From a virus (lineage: Duplodnaviria > Caudoviricetes), in the IMG/VR virus record IMGVR_UViG_2511231106_000002, positions 1-64,000 of that record: a DNA stretch of 64,000 bases. One strand, given 5' to 3'. The notes under the pieces were generated by a model. The model saw nothing but the letters and a program-made list of their open reading frames with translations. It made no database searches and was not told where the DNA came from. The number at the start of each line of letters is the position of its first letter. Within the stretch, counting starts at the first letter, position 1. The position numbers were made by a program, and so were the translations under genes. Positions 7,574 to 16,209 of the stretch are shown here, piece by piece.

Positions 7574-7633
7574 GGTGTCTGTATTTGATACAATCGAACG
7601 ATAGCAGGGATTTTGAACACCCCCGTGTTCACT

Positions 7634-8566
7634 TCAATCGTTGTTGTACTGATTGGCTATCTTCTTGAGCAGAAGTGCTTTTTCCATGAACCAGTCAAAG
7701 TAAGTTTTATATTCTTTTCTATCAAACGCCGCATCAAGCTCCTTGGTCAAAAGCATACGTCCATCTTTTTCACCTTCTGACCACTCAATGGAAGCGCCTA
7801 ATTCCTTTTCTATCGTATCTTGATTATCTTTCAGCTGCCTATACCAATCCTTCCCCTTGGCAACATACAAGCCCGCTGTCGCCCGATGGCGGGATGTGTT
7901 GATTGTAAATTCTACCACCACAGATGATACGCCGGTACTCAGGTTGTACCAATTGGTCGCGAAAGCCTTTCTGCATGAGAAGCTCTTGCTGAACTTACTG
8001 TCTTTATCGAAGGCATAGTCACAGAACTGCTGCCAGAAGTTCAATTGGAATTTCCGCAGCGGCGTCAGGGTTTCTGCAGCTTTCACCGTTTTTGCCCATT
8101 CGTTGGGACGTTCTACAACATTAAACCGTGGTGCTGGCAGCGAATCCCCAATGCGCCAGAGTTCAATTTCAATCAGGAAAAAACCAATATTTTCATCCGT
8201 ATGCTGATTCAGCCATCCGATAGCCTGTTTATGCTCATCACGAGCCCTTTTGACAATCCAGACTATAATTTCAGCGTCTTTCCCTGCCGCATACGTAATG
8301 ATTTTTCCCAAATGATCATGGTCGGTATCTTCCAGCTGATTCTCGATGATAATCCCACGGGAACTCCCGCTTTCGCGGGCGTAGATGTCTACACTGAAAC
8401 TTCCTACTGGAGATTCCGTTTCCTCAAGCTCTAGGTCAATTTCAATGGCATCACTCAGCTGTTCCAGATTTTCTTTTTGGGCAAGCCATTTTGAAAAATC
8501 CTGTTCCTCATGCGGCCAGATAGACCGCAAGTCATCAATCCGTTTCATGCACCCTAGTTTTTCCAT
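7634..8566 (-). CDS. DUF4268-domain protein with N-terminal PD-(D/E)xK (NucS-like) domain
   Basis: WPHEEQDFSKWL, VGSFSVDI, IIIENQLEDTDHDHLGKIITYAAG; C-terminal FW...NWY...IEKELG. Confidence 0.8.
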   Translation of the reverse strand: MEKLGCMKRIDDLRSIWPHEEQDFSKWLAQKENLEQLSDAIEIDLELEETESPVGSFSVDIYARESGSSRGIIIENQLEDTDHDHLGKIITYAAGKDAEIIVWIVKRARDEHKQAIGWLNQHTDENIGFFLIEIELWRIGDSLPAPRFNVVERPNEWAKTVKAAETLTPLRKFQLNFWQQFCDYAFDKDSKFSKSFSCRKAFATNWYNLSTGVSSVVVEFTINTSRHRATAGLYVAKGKDWYRQLKDNQDTIEKELGASIEWSEGEKDGRMLLTKELDAAFDRKEYKTYFDWFMEKALLLKKIANQYNND

Positions 8567-8591
8567 ATATGTCACTTCACTTCCCGATGCT

Positions 8592-9806
8592 TTAGAAATG
8601 CTTCTCCTCTGCCGCCTTGAAATTATAGACTGGTTTCATCACGTCGATAACGTCCACGGTGTCACCGATGACATCCAAGATATCGTCAAGGGATTTGTAG
8701 GCCATAGGAGCCTCGTCAATGGTACCTTCGTTTACCGATGTTGTATATACGCCTGCCATCTCCTGCTGGTATTCCTTGAGGGAAAGCTCTTTGATTGCCT
8801 GGGTACGGGACATGATGCGGCCTGCGCCGTGCGGGGCAGAGTAATTCCACTCGGCATTGCCTTTGCCGAGTGCCAGGATGCTTCCGTCACGCATGTTGAT
8901 GGGAATGAGAACCTTTTCACCCTTATGTGCGGCGATGGCTCCTTTTCTGAGAATCATCTCATCGACATCGATGTAGTTGTGAATGGTATGAAACGCTTCG
9001 CCGGGCTGAAGGCCGGCTCTTTCCAGCAGTTTTTTGGCAATCTGCTCCCGGTTCAGTCTAGCAAACTGCTGGCAAAGAGCCACATCATGCAGATACTGCC
9101 TCAGGTATTTTCCGGAGACAAAGCAAAGATCTTCCGGCAGCTTTTCTCTGCGTTGTTCTGACTTCGCCTGCTGGATGGCCTTCTGGATTTCTTTTTGCCG
9201 TCCTGCTGCCTTGTATTCTGCTATGATATGCTGGAGCCGTTCTTCCAGTGTTTCATCATGGGCATTCAGCTCAACGGCCATGCGCTGATAAATCTCCGCC
9301 ACCTGTTTTCCCAGGTTCCGGCTTCCTGTATGGATGACGAGATAATGTCGACCATCATGGGTTTTATCGACCTCGATGAAATGATTCCCGCCTCCCAGGG
9401 TACCGATACTGCAGGCAATCCAAGACAGTTTTTTCAGCTTGTCATAACAATAGAGCCGCTGCAAATTGAAGTCAGCCTGTTTCTCAGGCCAGACATTCAT
9501 CCCGGAAGGTACGATGTGAGCCGCTTCATCGAGTCTGGCAAAATCAATCGGCTGCTTGTCAAGAGCAATCGTATACATGCCACAGCCGATGTCCACGCCG
9601 ACGATGTTCGGTACTGCCTTGTCTGTGATTGTCATCGTCGTACCAATCGTACAGCCTTTCCCGGCATGGACGTCCGGCATAATCCGCACCCGGCTCCCCT
9701 TCGTCAGCTCATAGCTGCACATGCGGCGGATTTGTTCCCTCGCTTTCTCATCGATACTCTTGGCATACGATATTGCCGTTGTAACTGTTCCTTCAATCCG
9801 TTCCAT
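8592..9806 (-). CDS. rtcB: RtcB family RNA 2',3'-cyclic phosphate/5'-OH ligase
   Basis: MPDVHAGKG, VGVDIGCG, GTLGGGNHFIE, HTGSRNLG, HNY, RKGA, SAPHGAGR, DEAPMAYK; start moved to MERIEG. Confidence 0.93.
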   Translation of the reverse strand: MERIEGTVTTAISYAKSIDEKAREQIRRMCSYELTKGSRVRIMPDVHAGKGCTIGTTMTITDKAVPNIVGVDIGCGMYTIALDKQPIDFARLDEAAHIVPSGMNVWPEKQADFNLQRLYCYDKLKKLSWIACSIGTLGGGNHFIEVDKTHDGRHYLVIHTGSRNLGKQVAEIYQRMAVELNAHDETLEERLQHIIAEYKAAGRQKEIQKAIQQAKSEQRREKLPEDLCFVSGKYLRQYLHDVALCQQFARLNREQIAKKLLERAGLQPGEAFHTIHNYIDVDEMILRKGAIAAHKGEKVLIPINMRDGSILALGKGNAEWNYSAPHGAGRIMSRTQAIKELSLKEYQQEMAGVYTTSVNEGTIDEAPMAYKSLDDILDVIGDTVDVIDVMKPVYNFKAAEEKHF

Positions 9807-11216
9807 TGTCGCTTCACCTGCCGTCCCTGAGTTCCATAATTTTCTACTATTATACAACAGTTTACAGCTTTTAAGCCGCTTGCTCATCGCCCCAAGCCAA
9901 TGCTTGCAAAGCCTTGAGCAATGTGCTTGAATTTATGCTACTTTGGGCTTTGGACACCAAAGTGGCGAAAAATACTTCCTTGTGGATCTGCTGGCTTAGC
10001 GCGTGCCGCAGCTCTTGCGGGCTCTTGTCCCGGTAGGTGTTCAGCCGCTCGTCCTCATACGGCAGGATCTTCATGAGAGCGTGCCCGGAATTCGTTAGGT
10101 TCAGCAGATGCTCAATCGCAGTCTTTGTGCGAACTTTGTAGCTGCCGAGCTCCCAGAACATCTTCTGCTCGTAGTAGTTCGTCTCAATGCCCCAGCGGAG
10201 CTTGTAGAGCTTGAGCGGGTAAATCGCCATATGCTTGGAGCTGGTGTTGCGGAGCCCTTTGTTCTCCTGCCAAGCAATGCTCATGTGCAGCGCCATCGGA
10301 TCTATGGTGCTGAAAAAGAGACGGTACGAGCCACTCTTGCTCAGCGTCACATAGGCATGGACGGTATGGTCGCCAAAGATGCGCGTTTTCACCAGACGGT
10401 GAGCAACAAAATAGTTGTCCATCCGGCAAAGGTAATTCGTGAGATCATTGGCAATCTCGTCCAGCATCAAGCGTTTACCGTACTTTGGTGGACGGCCGCG
10501 ACGGCCTGCCGTCGAATCCGGCAACTCGAACATGGCCGTATCGTGGCGTGCATTGCAGGTCACATTGAGATTCGGATAGCTGAGAGCATGTGCGAGCAAC
10601 TCGCGCTTGGCGTACCAGCTATCGAAGAGCAGGATGACCTGGCGTTTTTCAAGGATTGGCATGACTTCATCGAGAAGCTGGCAGGCAAGTGTCAGCTTCG
10701 AGGCTTCGCCGTTGCTCATGACGTAGCCAATCGGCACCGCGATATAACGGATCTGCTGCTTGCCTGCGGTCTCATGGAGGACCGGCACGCTCATCGTCAG
10801 GCTGACGAAGGCATGCCCATTGAAATAGGACTTGCCATCGTGTTTGGCGTGGTCGTACAGGATGCCTACACCGTCGAAGTGCTTGCCCCACTTGGCAATG
10901 GACGTGTCGTCCACGCTGAGCAGGATAGGCTCCTGCCGCAGTGCCTCTGGCACTATGGCAAGCGCCTGCAGCGCCAAGGCCTGGCGAATGGATGCATCCG
11001 TGACGAGGCCGTTGCCAAGGGCGCGGTAATAGCTGTTGAGCGATGCGTCCGTCTGCTTCGATAGGAACTGCCGGAACAGGCAGCGCACCGACGGCGCCGA
11101 CTCCAGAGCCAGTTGAGCAATGAGTAACCACGCCAGCAGATGGCGCGTCCGTCTCGTCGCAGATGGGAACAAGGAAGAAAAAGTCGTCAGGAGTCTGTTA
11201 ACTGTATTCGTATATT

Positions 11217-11888
11217 AAGCCCCCATCTGAGATGGGGGACCCGGTGGAGCCGTAGCTTTGCCTAGAGTATAAAAAATCCTCCAGTGTTAGAATAAAGAGG
11301 GTCTAGCAAACCACTTTAGCTAACAAAGGAGGAGTCCAAATGGACAACAATAGTATAGCTCATACCAAATGGAATTGCACATATCATATCGTATTCATCC
11401 CAAAATATCGCAAGAAAGTATTCTACGGGCAAATGAGGAAAGATTTGGTTGAAATCATCCGAAAATTGTGCGAGATGAAGAAAGTGGAACTGATCAAGGG
11501 AGCTGCATGCGTGGATCATGTGCATCTGTATCTCGGGATACCGCCGAAGTTGAATATATCAGACGTAGTAGCCTATATCAAAGGGAAAAGTGCGTTAATG
11601 ATATACGACCGGCATCCCGAGATAAAAGCCAGATGGGGAGAACGGCATCTCTGGGCACGAGGCTATTATGTAGAAACCGTCGGGAATATCAACGAAGAAG
11701 TTATCAAGCGTTACATTTCAGAGCAAGAAGAAAGCGATAAGTTCGAGAAGTAAGTAAGACGAATAAGCGAAAGAGTCGCCATAGGCGGCTGTAAGTACAA
11801 AGACGATTTGCTAGACCTGCCATAGGCAGGTGTCAGTACAAAACCCCGGAGGGGTTCCAAATAAACCCCCATTTGAAATGGGGGTTGC
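11217..11888 (+). mobile_element. IS200/IS605-family element (tnpA only)
   Basis: Subterminal hairpins CCCCCATC-TGA-GATGGGGG (11220-11238) and AACCCCCATT-TGA-AATGGGGGTT (11864-11886); no target duplication. Confidence 0.88.
11340..11753 (+). CDS. tnpA: IS200-family Y1 (HUH) transposase
   Basis: YHIVFIPKYR, DHVH (HUH), KGKS, LWARGYY, YI..Q. Confidence 0.95.
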   Translation: MDNNSIAHTKWNCTYHIVFIPKYRKKVFYGQMRKDLVEIIRKLCEMKKVELIKGAACVDHVHLYLGIPPKLNISDVVAYIKGKSALMIYDRHPEIKARWGERHLWARGYYVETVGNINEEVIKRYISEQEESDKFEK

Positions 11889-12082
11889 TAACTGTCGGCT
11901 GACTGGTGTATGATTGAGACATCACGTAGCACCTCTCGTGTTTGGTTTGTGGTGAATCTTGAAGTGGTAAACTAAAATTGGACACGGAGGGGGTAATTTT
12001 TGGACATACGGTGTATACTGTACGGATAGTACGAAATTAATTATCGGACAGAAATTCTCCCTCACAGGACAGGAGGTTTGCC

Positions 12083-12433
12083 GTGAAGTACACAAAAGAA
12101 CAGAGATTGGACATTGGCCGCCGCATTTACGACGGCGAAATCAGCCGGTATGAAGCTGCAGAGGAATACGTTATCAATGAGCAGACGGCACGGAATTACA
12201 TGAGAATGTACCGGGATGCCAACCAGTTGCCGCCCAAGCAGGGACGAAGAAGCATCTGTGCGCCCTCGTTCAAGAAAGCTCCGGCAGAGCTGGATGAACT
12301 GAAGGCGATGACAAAGGAAGAACTTATCCAGGAACTAATCAAGGCCAAGATAACCGAGGCACGGCTAAAAAAAGGCTACGAGGTGAAGGGGGATGGTACT
12401 GTAATTCTGTACGGCAACAAGATTATCAAGTAA
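12083..12433 (+). CDS. IS3 OrfA (HTH)
   Basis: MKYTKEQRL.. HTH; A7G -1 frameshift motif at 12367-12374. Confidence 0.85.
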   Translation: MKYTKEQRLDIGRRIYDGEISRYEAAEEYVINEQTARNYMRMYRDANQLPPKQGRRSICAPSFKKAPAELDELKAMTKEELIQELIKAKITEARLKKGYEVKGDGTVILYGNKIIK

Positions 12434-12440
12434 TCATGGA

Positions 12441-14021
12441 CTCAAACTTCGCACACCTGAAACCCTTATGAGACAAGGATTCATCGGGTTTTCAGACATC
12501 CGTCGTCATCACATCATGCACACTGTTTCAGGCACTTTCCCCATAAATCGGGCAGTTTTGCCATGAACAGATCGAGCAGCTGGTTAACCTGCTCTTCGTC
12601 AAGAATCTCTGCTTCTTTCGCGCAGTCCATCAGCAGGCTCAGGAGTGAGGCCAGAGCGTCCAGATAATGCAGGTCTTCTAACTCGTCCATCGTCAGATAA
12701 AAAAGCTCGCCAAGGCTCCGTTCATCCATGTTGCGCCGCTGCTCTAAAGCGAGCATCATGTACCGCGCAAAGACAATGGCCGTGTGAGCGGTCAGGGCGT
12801 CGTAGGAGATGGATCTCGTCTCTTTGCCCAGCTTCAGGTAGGACTTGCACATCTTGAAGAAGACCTCGATGTTCCAGCGCTTGCCATAAGTCTGGATGAT
12901 CTCTTCTTCTGACAGTGTCAGGTCCGTCGAGACCAGGACGAGGTAGTCGCTGCGCTTGTTCTTGTTGCGGACATAGACCAGCCGTACGGGAAGGCGCTCG
13001 CCATCCTTGACGGCCTCGGCCTCTACGGAGAGCAGGTAAGCGGAGCGCCCGCGGCGCTTCTTCTGGCTCCGGTAGATGGCCATGACGTCCTGCATGCGGC
13101 CTTGGAAACAGAAGTGCATCTTCTCGCTTTTCTTGACACGCGCGATGACGTCGTAGCCGAGTTCATGGATCTGGTGCAGCGATGCCGGTGAGCAGAACCA
13201 TGAGTCGAACAGGACGTGCTGGGCAGGGGCACCTGTCTCACGCGCTTCCTGCAGTAACGTTAGGACTACTTCTGGAGCCTTGCACTGTGCCAGCTTGCGC
13301 TGCTTGCCGCCGTTGCTGCGCGGGTCAACGTCTTCCGACGCGCCCTGCAGTTGCTGCTGCTTCGATGACGAGGACAACAGGCAGTGGCTGAGCGGCAGGA
13401 AGGTATTCCCGTCGCTCCAGCCGAGCGTGAGCATGCGAAAGCCCTTCATGTACGTGCCGCTGACATGGTCGTAGACGCGGGCCAGCAGCTCTACTTTCTT
13501 GGAGCGGTTGCGGCTGAACAGCGAGTCGTCGATGATGAGGACATTCCTGCGCGCCCCGCTCGTCAGCGGTGCGATGGCCTTCTGAATGATGGCTGTGCCC
13601 AGGAGCAGCGTGAACTTGCGCCAATGGATGGCGCAGGAGTTCAGGAAGCGGTAGAACGTATCCCGCTCAAACGGGATGGACTCTGGCGCATCCTTCTTCC
13701 GTTGGTAGAAGGAACGCCGCTGGAACGCCGCCTCAAACGCGACGAGGAAGATGGCCATGACTGCAAAGCCGCGCAACTTGTAGGCATTGCAGCTCCGCAG
13801 GATCTGGCTAACATGGAACTCAGTAAAGAATTGCTGAATCTTGGAAGAAGCGGCTTCACAGGAGTGATGATGATGTGGTACAATATTCATAGCATAAGCC
13901 CTCCGTTTGTGTTATGGATTTTGGTTACTTCATTATACAAAATGGAGATGGCTTATGTTATTTTTATTTTGCAGATTGCTGCTAAGAATAAATCAGCAGC
14001 TTAGCAACTGCGAAGTTTGAG
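12441..14021 (-). mobile_element. IS4-family element, intact
   Basis: 13-bp TIR CTCAAACTTCGCA; 7-bp target duplication TCATGGA at 12434-12440 and 14022-14028. Confidence 0.92.
12514..13890 (-). CDS. IS4-family DDE transposase
   Basis: IIDDS, LFDSWF, YGKRWNIEVFFKMCK (YREK motif). Confidence 0.92.
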   Translation of the reverse strand: MNIVPHHHHSCEAASSKIQQFFTEFHVSQILRSCNAYKLRGFAVMAIFLVAFEAAFQRRSFYQRKKDAPESIPFERDTFYRFLNSCAIHWRKFTLLLGTAIIQKAIAPLTSGARRNVLIIDDSLFSRNRSKKVELLARVYDHVSGTYMKGFRMLTLGWSDGNTFLPLSHCLLSSSSKQQQLQGASEDVDPRSNGGKQRKLAQCKAPEVVLTLLQEARETGAPAQHVLFDSWFCSPASLHQIHELGYDVIARVKKSEKMHFCFQGRMQDVMAIYRSQKKRRGRSAYLLSVEAEAVKDGERLPVRLVYVRNKNKRSDYLVLVSTDLTLSEEEIIQTYGKRWNIEVFFKMCKSYLKLGKETRSISYDALTAHTAIVFARYMMLALEQRRNMDERSLGELFYLTMDELEDLHYLDALASLLSLLMDCAKEAEILDEEQVNQLLDLFMAKLPDLWGKCLKQCA

Positions 14022-14023
14022 TC

Positions 14024-14878
14024 ATGGAACTATCCGGAGAAATTCCGGTGAAGCTTCTTTGCAAGACAATGGGCATCCAGAGGAGCAGTTTCTACGCTTG
14101 GAAAAAACATCTTTCTCAGCCGTCGGGCAAAGAAAAGCGCCTTTTGAGCAACGTCCTGCTGTTCCAGGAGTACCATTGGAAGTATCCATCGCACGGCTAT
14201 CGCTGGCTGAACGCCAAGATACGGTTGGACAAAGAGATTGTCCTGTCCGATCCCTATGCCCACAAATGCTGTAGGATTGCGGGAATCAAGAGCAAATCCA
14301 AGCACTACAGGTACAAGAAGGCTGGCGATCCAGCGCGGATATTTCCCAACCTGCTCATGTCTGAAATGCAGATCGATGGGCCAATGCAGTGCATCGTGAG
14401 TGATATGACCGCTTTTTATGTGAAAGGCATCTACCATGAACTGACTCTTTATATGGATCTATGGAACAATGAGATTGTCAGTCATTCCCTCTCTGCAAAA
14501 CGCGGTGATCGCATGACTTACATCAGCGGACTGGAAAATCTGATTGAGTGGCAAAAACGGCATCCGGAGCACCAAATGGTTCTCCATTCTGACCAGGGAT
14601 CGGTCTACGCCTCCAAAGCCTACAACGAGCTATTGCCCATGTACGGCATCACCCGATCCATGTCACGTGCCGGGACCCCCACAGACAATGCCGCTATGGA
14701 GTCCATCAATGGATGGATCAAGGCGGAGCTGTTCATGGACTTGCATGTGACCGGCGAGAAACCGGTCAAGGAGGAGGTGGATGACTACATTCTTTTCTTC
14801 AATGAACAGAGGCCAGCCTATTCCTTAGGCTACCTGACGCCGAAGCAGTATCGGGAACGTCACACGCCCATCTGCTGA
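14024..14878 (+). CDS. IS3 OrfB (DDE integrase core), separated from OrfA by the IS4 insertion
   Basis: VSDMT, HSDQGSVY, SMSRAGTPTDNAAMES, FNEQRP. Confidence 0.9.
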   Translation: MELSGEIPVKLLCKTMGIQRSSFYAWKKHLSQPSGKEKRLLSNVLLFQEYHWKYPSHGYRWLNAKIRLDKEIVLSDPYAHKCCRIAGIKSKSKHYRYKKAGDPARIFPNLLMSEMQIDGPMQCIVSDMTAFYVKGIYHELTLYMDLWNNEIVSHSLSAKRGDRMTYISGLENLIEWQKRHPEHQMVLHSDQGSVYASKAYNELLPMYGITRSMSRAGTPTDNAAMESINGWIKAELFMDLHVTGEKPVKEEVDDYILFFNEQRPAYSLGYLTPKQYRERHTPIC

Positions 14879-15055
14879 TCTCGTCTGCATTATCGATGGC
14901 ATGGTTTGTCTAACAAGCTTGAAGGATGTCAGAAAAGTTGATGAATCTTGTACATCGATTCGTTTTTTATGCCTGATTTTTTTAGTTTTGTGTCCAATTT
15001 TTGTTGACAAGTGCAAGTGACTGCATCTTTGATTGTATGAAGTGATGTATTAGTA

Positions 15056-15157
15056 ATGGCAATAAGAGTGCTAATTGCTGATGATCACGCTCTATTGAGC
15101 CAATACGACCCGTTGAATTTGGCGGGTCGTTCAACAGATAGTAGGAGGTTATTATGA
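15056..15157 (+). pseudogene. Chimeric 33-aa ORF starting with the N-terminus of a NarL/DegU-type response regulator
   Basis: MAIRVLIADDHALL, then unrelated sequence; its TGA overlaps the bla ATG (ATGA). Confidence 0.7.
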
Positions 15158-16008
15158 AGAAATTTTGTTTTTTGTTTTTGATAATCTGTGGCTTGATGGT
15201 TTTCTGCCTTCAGGATTGTCAAGCGCGGCAGAAATTAAATCTTGCTGATCTGGAAAATAAATATAACGCCGTGATTGGTGTTTACGCCGTTGACATGGAG
15301 AATGGAAAAAAAATTTGCTACAAACCTGATACGCGTTTTTCCTACTGCTCGACACACAAAGTTTTTACGGCTGCAGAATTGCTAAGACAAAAAAATACCT
15401 CCGATTTGAATGAAATTCGTAAGTTTTCGGCGGAAGATATTTTGTCCTACGCGCCAATCACCAAAGACCATGTTGCTGATGGCATGACGCTGGCGGAAAT
15501 TTGTTCGGCATCGCTCAGGTGGAGTGACAACACGGCGGCAAATTTAATTTTGCAGGAGATCGGCGGCGTGGAAAATTTCAAGGTGGCACTTAAAAATATT
15601 GGCGACAAAACTACCAAACCTGCGCGAAATGAACCTGAACTTAATCTTTTCAATCCAAAAGATAATCGTGATACTAGCACGCCGAGACAGATGGTAAAAA
15701 ATTTGCAAGTCTATATATTCGGCGATATTTTGAGCGACGACAAGAAAAAACTGCTGATTGATTGGATGAGCGACAATTCCATAACCGACACGCTTATCAA
15801 GGCAGAAACTCCGCAAGGTTGGAAAGTTATCGACAAGAGCGGTTCAGGCGATTATGGGGCGCGGAATGATATTGCCGTGATTTATCCGCCCAATCGCAAA
15901 CCCATTGTCATGGCGATAATGTCGCGCCGCACGGAAAAAAATGCAAAATCTGACGACGCTATGATTGCGGAGGCGGCAAAACGAATTTTTGATAATTTAG
16001 TATTTTAA
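15154..16008 (+). CDS. blaACI-1: Class A beta-lactamase ACI-1
   Basis: Signal peptide, STHK (SxxK), SDN, EPELN and KSG motifs; the 284-aa sequence is recognised as ACI-1; AGGAGG RBS. Confidence 0.95.
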   Translation: MKKFCFLFLIICGLMVFCLQDCQARQKLNLADLENKYNAVIGVYAVDMENGKKICYKPDTRFSYCSTHKVFTAAELLRQKNTSDLNEIRKFSAEDILSYAPITKDHVADGMTLAEICSASLRWSDNTAANLILQEIGGVENFKVALKNIGDKTTKPARNEPELNLFNPKDNRDTSTPRQMVKNLQVYIFGDILSDDKKKLLIDWMSDNSITDTLIKAETPQGWKVIDKSGSGDYGARNDIAVIYPPNRKPIVMAIMSRRTEKNAKSDDAMIAEAAKRIFDNLVF

Positions 16009-16088
16009 AGGGGCTTGATAGCATCGGTATTGCCGATGGGCAGAGAGGGCCATCACGCAAAAATATTTCGCCAAACATTTATATCTCA

Positions 16089-16116
16089 CTCAAACTTCGC
16101 ACACCTGAAACCCTTA
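16089..16116. repeat. Orphan 28-bp copy of the IS4-family element end
   Basis: CTCAAACTTCGCACACCTGAAACCCTTA, identical to 12441-12468. Confidence 0.9.
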
Positions 16117-16118
16117 CT

Positions 16119-16148
16119 ATTATATCATATTCCGATTTTCTTCATCAA
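16119..16148 (-). promoter_or_regulatory. Putative promoter TTGATG-N18-TATAAT with extended TG
   Basis: Minus strand TTGATGAAGAAAATCGGAATATGATATAAT; points leftward. Confidence 0.5.
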
Positions 16149-16204
16149 AAATACGGCAGAGAATCCTGCGTTTCCTCTTGGATTCTCTGCCGTAATCCTT
16201 TTTT
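16146..16204. terminator. Bidirectional terminator after the recombinases
   Basis: 15-bp stem TACGGCAGAGAATCC/GGATTCTCTGCCGTA flanked by A and T tracts. Confidence 0.85.
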
Positions 16205-16209
16205 CCTGC

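Larger units (their letters stand above)
9871..11922 (-). pseudogene. DDE transposase split by an IS200-type insertion
   Basis: SVDDT, LFDSWY, YKLRWGIETNYYEQK; removing 672 bp (11217-11888) restores MSQSYTSQPTVKYTNTVNRLL... Confidence 0.85.
9855..11959 (-). mobile_element. IS701/IS4-superfamily element, interrupted by IS200 and truncated by IS3
   Basis: DDE transposase; its upstream end abuts the IS3 left IR. Confidence 0.75.
11960..15015 (+). mobile_element. IS3-family element interrupted by an IS4-family element
   Basis: 26-bp imperfect TIRs TGAAGTGGTAAACTAAAATTGGACAC / TGCACTTGTCAACAAAAATTGGACAC with TG...CA ends; no flanking DR. Confidence 0.9.

Noticed and set aside
11754-11888. TnpB/omegaRNA system in the IS200/IS605 element
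   Set aside because: The element is only 672 bp and carries tnpA alone; there is no tnpB
15004-15040. Complete IS3-derived hybrid promoter for bla
   Set aside because: TTGACA is present but there is no convincing -10 at 16-18 bp; mentioned only as partial evidence
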